DNA from: a virus
Lineage: Duplodnaviria; Caudoviricetes
Virus record (IMG/VR): IMGVR_UViG_3300047505_000001
Coordinates: 1-24,496 of that record
Direction: 5' to 3' (one strand)
Length of the DNA: 24,496 bases
Shown: in pieces, positions 18,786-24,496 of the stretch
Numbering within the stretch: position 1 is the stretch's first letter
How the letters are laid out: each line of letters opens with the position of its first letter
Program-made: the position numbers and the translations under genes
Notes under the pieces: generated by a model
Database searches by the model: none
What the model saw: only the letters and a program-made list of their open reading frames with translations
Told to the model about the DNA's origin: nothing

Positions 18786-19258
18786 AAAAAAAGAAGGTTA
18801 GACCAAACAAAATTCATATCCATATCCAAAAACATATTCTCTCTATCAGTATCTTGTTTATAATCTTCTAAAGTATATTTCTTTGTAATAAAATTATATG
18901 ACTTAGTCGGTTGATAAAGTACTGCTAGTATCTTATGTGCATTCTTTAAAAATCCATCACTATAATATTCTTCTATATCAACCATCTGTGCTAATTTCAA
19001 TTCAGTTAATTCAGTCATACCAAATCTCACCTTATTCTTTTTGAATGTTTTAATTTGTTTAGGTTCTGGGAAAGTACTCATAAAATCATATTCTTTAACA
19101 AAGTTAATTAATTCAATTGGGTTTAACTTTTCAATCTCATCAATAGTTGTATCTCTAATTATTGCCATTTGATTTATAGTTAAATCAATTTCATCTAAAT
19201 CACCCAATTGGTCTATCTCAATCGCTTGTCTTAATGTCAAGTCGCGCCATCCTTTCAT
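18683..19258 (-). CDS. Tail assembly chaperone (gpG-like)
   Basis: 191 aa; W-x-D-x-TL-x-Q N-terminus, VDIEEY and ILAVLY-x-P; LLFF encoded by the slippery CTT TTT TTT. Confidence 0.75.
   Translation of the reverse strand: MKGWRDLTLRQAIEIDQLGDLDEIDLTINQMAIIRDTTIDEIEKLNPIELINFVKEYDFMSTFPEPKQIKTFKKNKVRFGMTELTELKLAQMVDIEEYYSDGFLKNAHKILAVLYQPTKSYNFITKKYTLEDYKQDTDRENMFLDMDMNFVWSNLLFFWTTAAIYMKDLEGCSVERVKTLRQEMTDLMNED
18736..18792 (-). other. Programmed -1 ribosomal frameshift signal (T TTT TTT plus downstream stem-loop)
   Basis: T9 at 18792-18784. CCGCCG (18777-18772) can pair with CGGTGG (18741-18736), starting 6-7 nt after the slip site. Confidence 0.75.
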
Positions 19259-19704
19259 ATTATATGTAGTATTTTTTTCTCATCTTGATAAGCCTGTGAG
19301 GCTTCTTGTTCATTTTCAAAATAACCTAAATGTTTAGATTTACCATCAATCCTAATTGTTGATTTCCACTTATTCATTTTTTTATCCCAAGAATATCCTT
19401 TGGCATTTCTATTAAATCCATTCTGTTGTATTGTAACACTTCTTAAATTATTTATACGGTTATCATCTCTAATTGTATTTATATGGTCTATAAAATCTAC
19501 ACATTTATTATGAACGCAATACCATATAAATTGATGTCCTGATATTTGATAATATTTTTTACTATCATCTCTAATACCAATACTTACATATCCATAAGAT
19601 TTTTTATTTATAAGACTACCTTTACTACTAAAAATCTCACCAGTTATTGGATTACAAGTATATCCTTTATCAATCGCTAACTTTATTCTATCTTCTCTAT
19701 TCAT
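19255..19704 (-). CDS. HNH-AP2 endonuclease (homing endonuclease-like)
   Basis: IDHINTIRDDNRINNLR HNH motif plus the AP2-like KGYSWDKK...WKSTI...HLGYFENEQEASQAY. Confidence 0.9.
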   Translation of the reverse strand: MNREDRIKLAIDKGYTCNPITGEIFSSKGSLINKKSYGYVSIGIRDDSKKYYQISGHQFIWYCVHNKCVDFIDHINTIRDDNRINNLRSVTIQQNGFNRNAKGYSWDKKMNKWKSTIRIDGKSKHLGYFENEQEASQAYQDEKKILHII

Positions 19705-19708
19705 ATTA

Positions 19709-19733
19709 TAAATATATTTTTTTAATCATTTGT
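19709..19733 (-). promoter_or_regulatory. Putative late promoter ACAAA-N12-TATATTTA
   Basis: Motif copy ending 4 nt before the HNH ATG; its upstream box overlaps the end of the 64-aa gene. Confidence 0.65.
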
Positions 19734-19920
19734 TTTTAAGCCAGTAATCTTTTACCTTTTTATAAACTCTAAATCTACATGAAGGACAACTCTTTTGGTG
19801 CTCTGGACTATTTGGAAAAAGTTTATTATGAAAATTATATAGTCTCGTTGTTTGGTCGGCTAATATCTTATCTTTATTTTCTAACTCTAACATTAGTTCT
19901 TCTAATCCTATTGGTATCAT
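19726..19920 (-). CDS. Small Cys-motif protein (HQKSCPSC), possibly zinc-binding
   Basis: 64 aa; H-x3-C-x2-C; starts 2 nt after the upstream stop. Confidence 0.7.
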   Translation of the reverse strand: MIPIGLEELMLELENKDKILADQTTRLYNFHNKLFPNSPEHQKSCPSCRFRVYKKVKDYWLKNK

Positions 19921-19922
19921 AA

Positions 19923-20180
19923 TTATCTTATTAATTTATTATCTATTATATTAGTTATAACACTTACTATTATACTAATTTCTATACTAAAAGTTCCAAT
20001 CAAAGTAATCCAAAACCCTAAACAAGATGGGCAATATATACCTCTATGAATAAACTTTTTAAACTTTGAATAACTATCATAGTCTTCGTCCTTAAACCCA
20101 ATTCTTTTTAATAATAAGATTGGTTCTGCTATGGATGTAAATATAGATATACAAACCCATTTTAATAAAATATAAATCAT
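19923..20180 (-). CDS. Small membrane protein with CxxC (DUF1360-like)
   Basis: 85 aa; hydrophobic N- and C-terminal segments flanking IYCPSCLGFW; ATGA overlap with the sigma gene. Confidence 0.65.
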   Translation of the reverse strand: MIYILLKWVCISIFTSIAEPILLLKRIGFKDEDYDSYSKFKKFIHRGIYCPSCLGFWITLIGTFSIEISIIVSVITNIIDNKLIR

Positions 20181-20800
20181 AACTTATCTTTGATTTCATT
20201 TTTCAGTTTAATCATTAATTGATATACTGAATATCTTGTTTTATAATATATTTTCTTTCCATTCTTTGTTCTAAAAAAAGTATATTTATCTTTAATCTTA
20301 TCATAACTTAATCCTTCCATAAAGTAGGCATCGAATAGCATCTTATTTACTTTTGATAGAGATGGATATATATCATGAACTTTTAGTATATTATTTATTT
20401 GTTCATCATTATAAACATATCTTAAATCTTTTATATATTCATCTTCATCAAGATGGTCGTAATCAATTACACTTTCATCTTCAATTTCAAATGGTATATC
20501 TCTACCTTTATCTTCAATGTAATCTGTTTTCTTATTACCTTTATATTTTATATTAAATGGTGTCGTGTCGAATTGTGATTGTAATCTCATCCAACTTACT
20601 GAAAACCCTTCTAACATATTTATATCAATATAAGGTTCTAACTTTAATTTATTATCATATAAGAATATAACCAATTCAGAAACTAAATCACTTGCCTCTG
20701 TTATTTTATTCTTTGATATATTCTTTGCTACTTCATAAATGAAATTATATCTAGTATTAATAAATTCATCTACAATCTTTTTATATTCTCGGTTTGTCAT
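20177..20800 (-). CDS. Phage ECF/sigma70-like RNA polymerase sigma factor
   Basis: 207 aa; region-2-like EASDLVSELVIFL and region-4-like LSKVNKMLFDAYFMEGLSYDKI...SVYQLMIKLK. Confidence 0.65.
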   Translation of the reverse strand: MTNREYKKIVDEFINTRYNFIYEVAKNISKNKITEASDLVSELVIFLYDNKLKLEPYIDINMLEGFSVSWMRLQSQFDTTPFNIKYKGNKKTDYIEDKGRDIPFEIEDESVIDYDHLDEDEYIKDLRYVYNDEQINNILKVHDIYPSLSKVNKMLFDAYFMEGLSYDKIKDKYTFFRTKNGKKIYYKTRYSVYQLMIKLKNEIKDKL

Positions 20801-20828
20801 TAAAGTATATATTTAAGTTTTAATGCTC

Positions 20829-20870
20829 TCTCGGATTACTCGTGAAACGAGAGTGTCTAAAGACACTACT
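20829..20870 (+). repeat. Inverted-repeat element copy A (two adjacent hairpins)
   Basis: TCTCGGATTACTCGTGAAACGAGAGTGTCTAAAGACACTACT; the first 33 nt match the reverse complement of 23581-23613 at 30/33. Confidence 0.9.
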
Positions 20871-20877
20871 GAGTTAA

Positions 20878-22050
20878 CTAGAATGAGATGAAATCATAAC
20901 CACCTGACTTTCTATTATTCTTCTTATGGAACAGGACGGCGTATCGGAGTGCGTCAAGTGCATCATCAAATAATTTAACTGGTTCATCTAATAATCTTTC
21001 ACCTTTAGATTGCCACTTATAATTTCTAAATTCATTTGATAGTCCAGTACTTTCGTGATGATAAAATAATTTATAAGATTTAACTGCATCAATTCCTTCT
21101 TTAACATTCTTTATAGCATTCAAACAATTATAACCTTCTCTTCTTAAATCTTCTATAATTTCAGGTCTGGCATAATCACATATAATCTTAGTTGATTTTG
21201 ATATATTCAGTGCCTTCATTTTAATTATGAGGTCTTCACTAGTTAAATGGGTTTCATATATTACCTCTTTACAATAAACTATATCCTCTCTAAAATTACA
21301 TTCTATTAATGCTGTTGGATGTTTATAACCAAAATCTAATCCATAAATTGTTTCATCATATCTATCTAACTCTTCAATATATTTAATTTGATGGTTATAA
21401 ATTGTATGAGTTGATTTGGATGGCAGACCTAAATTATATATTTGATATAGGTCAAAATCAGTATCTTTTAATGCTTCAATCTCTTTTATTATTTTATTAT
21501 CTAAAAATGGATTATCTCTGAATGTTGAATGGATTTTAGTTGTCTCTTCTTTATCCATCATCTCATATATAAAATGTTCCGAAGATGATGGGTTAAAATC
21601 CATTATTACTTTATCATTTGTTCTAAAGTTTAATTGGTTAAATTCTTCAAAAGATAATTCATTGGCTTCATTCATAAAAAGAACATCTCTCTTTCTACCT
21701 CTAATCTTCTGACTATCATCCAATGAAAAGAATTCTATTTTAGCACCATTATCAAAAGAATATATATTATCAGTTTTATTATGATTTTTAATATCATATA
21801 GTTTATACTCTGTAAGTATTTCTATCATGTCCCGCATTACAGTTGCTCTTAATGATGGGAATGACTTTCTAACAATTGATACAAGTTTTCCAGGGTTCTG
21901 TAAGCAATATACTATTAACAATTGACATATGGAATAGGTCTTTGATGAACGCGTTCCACCCATATTTATTACAAATCTTATCTTATCATCTAATAGTGCT
22001 TCATAGTTCTTTGTAAAAACTCCTGAATGTTTAATTTCTAATTCACTCAA
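20878..22050 (-). CDS. terL: Terminase large subunit (PBSX-family)
   Basis: Walker A GGTRSSKT, Walker B-like VLFMNEA, DFNP coupling motif, nuclease GLDFG...CDYARPE...DDALDALRYA; TTG start. Confidence 0.95.
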   Translation of the reverse strand: MSELEIKHSGVFTKNYEALLDDKIRFVINMGGTRSSKTYSICQLLIVYCLQNPGKLVSIVRKSFPSLRATVMRDMIEILTEYKLYDIKNHNKTDNIYSFDNGAKIEFFSLDDSQKIRGRKRDVLFMNEANELSFEEFNQLNFRTNDKVIMDFNPSSSEHFIYEMMDKEETTKIHSTFRDNPFLDNKIIKEIEALKDTDFDLYQIYNLGLPSKSTHTIYNHQIKYIEELDRYDETIYGLDFGYKHPTALIECNFREDIVYCKEVIYETHLTSEDLIIKMKALNISKSTKIICDYARPEIIEDLRREGYNCLNAIKNVKEGIDAVKSYKLFYHHESTGLSNEFRNYKWQSKGERLLDEPVKLFDDALDALRYAVLFHKKNNRKSGGYDFISF

Positions 22051-22055
22051 TTATA

Positions 22056-22334
22056 TTATTTCTTTTTTCTTTTTGGTTTTACAACCTCTTTAATCTTTTC
22101 TTCAAAAAACTCTTCTTCTGTTTGGTGTTTTGGTTTATGTTTATCAAAAAACTCTTGTACCTTATCTTCAACAAACTCTATAATCTCATCAGCAACTATT
22201 TCAAATAGATGTCTTAACATCGGATTATTATTATATACCTGCCATAACTTTGGTTGGTCATATTTTGATAAATCGTAAAACACTCCGTTATATTTTATTG
22301 GTTCATTCTTCTTTAGTTTTATCATCATTATCAT
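22056..22334 (-). CDS. Hypothetical protein (92 aa, basic C-terminus)
   Basis: Fills the gap between HNH and TerL; the exact start is uncertain (several Met). Confidence 0.65.
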   Translation of the reverse strand: MIMMIKLKKNEPIKYNGVFYDLSKYDQPKLWQVYNNNPMLRHLFEIVADEIIEFVEDKVQEFFDKHKPKHQTEEEFFEEKIKEVVKPKRKKK

Positions 22335-22344
22335 TTTTTTTATA

Positions 22345-22794
22345 TTATATTATATGGTATATACTTTTAGCATTCAAATATGCATTATGTGCATCGGTTT
22401 CATTATCAAAAGAACCCAGCCATAATAATTTATTATTTATCTTAATTCTTGCTTTATATTTATTTTTTATTTTACACCAAGAATATCCTTTCGTATTATT
22501 TCTATTAAAATTATTCTGGTGTTTTGTAACTTCTCTTAGATTTTCTATTCTATTATCCAATTTATTTCTATTTATGTGGTCAATACATTCTGGTATATAT
22601 CCATATTTTTTATAAAAAATAAATTGGTGAGTTCTAATATGTATAACTTTATTATCTAGCCAGATATCAAATCTTTCATATCCATTATAAATGAAGCCAA
22701 TATCATTACCTCTAACACCAATTATTTTACCTCTGTCAATATCACAAATTATTCCATTACTAATCGCTTTCTTTATCTTCTCCTCTAAATTCAT
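22345..22794 (-). CDS. HNH-AP2 endonuclease (homing endonuclease-like)
   Basis: IDHINRNKLDNRIENLR plus KGYSWCK...YKARI...WLGSFDNETDAHNAY. Confidence 0.9.
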   Translation of the reverse strand: MNLEEKIKKAISNGIICDIDRGKIIGVRGNDIGFIYNGYERFDIWLDNKVIHIRTHQFIFYKKYGYIPECIDHINRNKLDNRIENLREVTKHQNNFNRNNTKGYSWCKIKNKYKARIKINNKLLWLGSFDNETDAHNAYLNAKSIYHII

Positions 22795-23194
22795 CGTTAT
22801 TATTTTTATATTCTTTTAATATTATTACAGATACTTTATTAATTGAGTTGCCACCAGTTGTTATATCAATTTTTTGATTGTGTAATCCACTTATCTTATT
22901 AATTTCTTTCTTTATATCTAAGGCAAGTTTCTTATCACCAGTTCCTTTTGCTTCGGCCATCATCTTTTCTAATTCAACAATTGTTGCTTCTAATCTATCT
23001 TTTGATATATCTTTTAGTGCCTCCATTATAATTGGTTTAGCTTCTTTTAGTATATCATAACAATAGGTTGTGCCACACTCTCCTTCACTGGATAACCAAT
23101 CTATAATCTCATATTGTGAAGTACCATTACACGTCATCTCTACCACCTTAGTGATTAAATCTATCTTCTTATATTTAGGGTCTTTCTTTCTCAT
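22760..23194 (-). CDS. terS: Terminase small subunit, putative
   Basis: 144 aa; N-terminal HTH-like region, helical core and C-terminal QKIDITTGG-x-x-I motif; upstream of TerL. Confidence 0.7.
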   Translation of the reverse strand: MRKKDPKYKKIDLITKVVEMTCNGTSQYEIIDWLSSEGECGTTYCYDILKEAKPIIMEALKDISKDRLEATIVELEKMMAEAKGTGDKKLALDIKKEINKISGLHNQKIDITTGGNSINKVSVIILKEYKNNNDEFRGEDKESD

Positions 23195-23218
23195 TTTTCA
23201 TTGTTATTCATTTATATA

Positions 23219-23503
23219 TTAAACTATCATTCGTTCTTCTGGAATACCTAGATAGATAGTCCAAACTTTGATATAAGCTAGTTTTAGACTAAAAAATTGT
23301 TCAGTTAATTCATCTTTTGAAAGGAGTGTCAATTCTTTAGAAAGTAGAAGGTTTTCAATTTGTAAAATCTTTCTATCAATATCTTTGTTTATCTTATCTG
23401 CCTGTTCATAATGCTCACTTTCTACGAATATGAGCATATCATAAATGTTATCATTGAGGAACTCACATAATTTATCAGTAATATCTTCTTCTTTCATATC
23501 CAT
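23219..23503 (-). CDS. Hypothetical acidic helical protein (94 aa)
   Basis: First gene after the promoter copy at 23557-23581; A-rich leader. Confidence 0.7.
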   Translation of the reverse strand: MDMKEEDITDKLCEFLNDNIYDMLIFVESEHYEQADKINKDIDRKILQIENLLLSKELTLLSKDELTEQFFSLKLAYIKVWTIYLGIPEERMIV

Positions 23504-23517
23504 ATTTTATTTCTAGT

Positions 23518-23536
23518 AGTAGTGTTTTAACACTCT
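23518..23536 (-). repeat. Partial copy (C) of the second hairpin of element A
   Basis: Minus strand AGAGTGTTAAAACACTACT versus AGAGTGTCTAAAGACACTACT at 20850-20870. Confidence 0.75.
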
Positions 23537-23556
23537 TTATTACATAAAGTATATAT

Positions 23557-23581
23557 AAAATATAAAAGATGGCCCATTTGT
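23557..23581 (-). promoter_or_regulatory. Putative late promoter ACAAA-N12-TATATTTT (terminase operon)
   Basis: Motif copy abutting inverted-repeat copy B. Confidence 0.6.
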
Positions 23582-23613
23582 TTAGACACTATCGTTTCAC
23601 GACTAATCCCAGA
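23581..23613 (-). repeat. Inverted-repeat element copy B
   Basis: Minus strand TCTGGGATTAGTCGTGAAACGATAGTGTCTAAA. Confidence 0.9.
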
Positions 23614-24054
23614 TTTTTAGTTTTGTAATGTTTTCAATGTTAAAGTGTTCTCTAAATATATTTCTATTTATTAATATACCTTTAACTTTACCCTTATCAC
23701 CACTTTGTTCAGTTAATTTTAAGCCTGGTGTTTTTATAAGTTCTTTCAAATCTTTTACTTTTATAAAGTAAGCTTCTTCTAAGTCTGGAAAGAAGTAAAC
23801 AAATATATCACTCTTTGTTGTATGAACTCCACTATTTTATTTTTGAAGTATTCCCATCTATCTGTTTTCAATTCAAAAAGGACTGTTTTACCTTTTATAG
23901 ATGAACTAAAATCAAAGTCACTATTTTTGTTTGGATTAAATATGGTTCCTGAAAAACCTTTATATCTTTCTAACCATTTAGCAATAACTTTTTCACCTAA
24001 TTCACCCCACTTTAAATCATTTTTGAACTTTTCGTTATAGTTTATATTTTCCAT
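23603..24054 (-). pseudogene. PD-(D/E)XK-like nuclease split over two frames (probable out-of-frame internal deletion)
   Basis: Frame 1 reads GELGE...SDFD...FELKTD...KNKI. A second frame (23836-23603) with no AUG continues NSGVHTTKSDIFVYFFP...GDKGKVKGILI...KIWD*. Confidence 0.65.
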
Positions 24055-24157
24055 TTGTTGTTTTATTTTTATACTTTATATATAAGTATAAAAAACAACA
24101 AAATGATTTGTATGGATTGTTTATAGATTGACTATAAAACAAAAAAAAGTTAGGATT

Positions 24158-24496
24158 TTATAATCCTAACTTTTTTTTTTCTGGTTTGTCTAAACCTTCT
24201 AGTAATTTTATTATTCTCTTATCTCTGTTTTCTTTTATAAGAAGGAGTTTCCAATCATCATAAGACATAAATTTACCCATACAACTTCTTTTAAAGGCAC
24301 AATTCCAAACTTCTGGTTGTGATTTATAATTATTAAATATATCATAATAGAAAGTCCATCTTCCATTACAATCTGGTTTAATATGTCCAATAGTAATCTG
24401 TTCATCTTCAATTAATAATCCAAATTTATTTAAACATTGGTCTTTAATTAACTCTCTTATGAAATTCATATAGTCATTGTATGTTTCTAATTCTTC
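24158..24496 (-). CDS. Hypothetical protein, probably 5'-partial
   Basis: The frame of the 103-aa ORF stays open upstream to the window edge (EELETYNDY-MNF...). Confidence 0.65.
   Translation of the reverse strand, partial: EELETYNDYMNFIRELIKDQCLNKFGLLIEDEQITIGHIKPDCNGRWTFYYDIFNNYKSQPEVWNCAFKRSCMGKFMSYDDWKLLLIKENRDKRIIKLLEGLDKPEKKKLGL

Noticed and set aside
20829-20877. GAAAC-containing element as a hammerhead ribozyme or intrinsic terminator
   Set aside because: No correctly placed CUGANGA core and no U tract after the stems.
19255-22794. HNH genes as group I intron-encoded ORFs
   Set aside because: Flanking genes look intact, and there is no non-coding space for an intron core.
20829-23613. 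Inverted repeats as IS/transposon ends
   Set aside because: No transposase, no evident target-site duplication, and the cargo is core packaging genes.
2171-24040. All plus-strand ORFs in the track (e.g. 6352-6828, 7568-7831, 8295-8609, 14658-14978, 22250-22615)
   Set aside because: They are antisense shadows of well-supported minus-strand genes; the low-complexity ones simply mirror the G-S repeats.
24083-24111. Eighth copy of the late-promoter motif
   Set aside because: TATACTTA is present, but ACAAA lies 4 nt further away than in the seven consistent copies.
1-24496. Stop-codon reassignment
   Set aside because: The standard code gives full-length, densely packed ORFs, and TAA, TAG and TGA all occur at plausible gene ends.

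Overview
A strongly AT-rich segment of a tailed dsDNA (siphovirus-like) phage or prophage. The host is probably Bacteroidota, inferred from A-rich leaders without Shine-Dalgarno sequences and a TATATTTA element resembling the Bacteroidota -7 box. All credible genes lie on the minus strand. In transcription order (right to left) they are: a partial ORF, a split PD-(D/E)XK-like nuclease, the terminase module (TerS, HNH-AP2, small ORF, PBSX-type TerL), an ECF-like sigma factor with two coupled CPSC-motif proteins, a second HNH-AP2, a -1 frameshifted tail-assembly-chaperone pair, tail completion proteins, two large tail-tip proteins, a fibre/adhesin cassette with Gly-X-Y repeats and a LamG-like domain, tape measure, prohead protease/scaffold, major capsid protein and tail tube. 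No portal, integrase, tRNA, CRISPR array or reverse transcriptase was seen. The most notable non-coding signals are: (i) seven exactly spaced copies of ACAAA-N12-TATAYTTW upstream of late genes, a likely promoter for the phage sigma factor, with a possible HxxxCxxC anti-sigma next to it; (ii) a 33-bp inverted repeat bracketing the terminase module, whose hairpins show compensatory changes; (iii) a slippery T9 site with a downstream hairpin; and (iv) a probable nested scaffold start. All protein calls come from motif recognition by eye, not from database searches.
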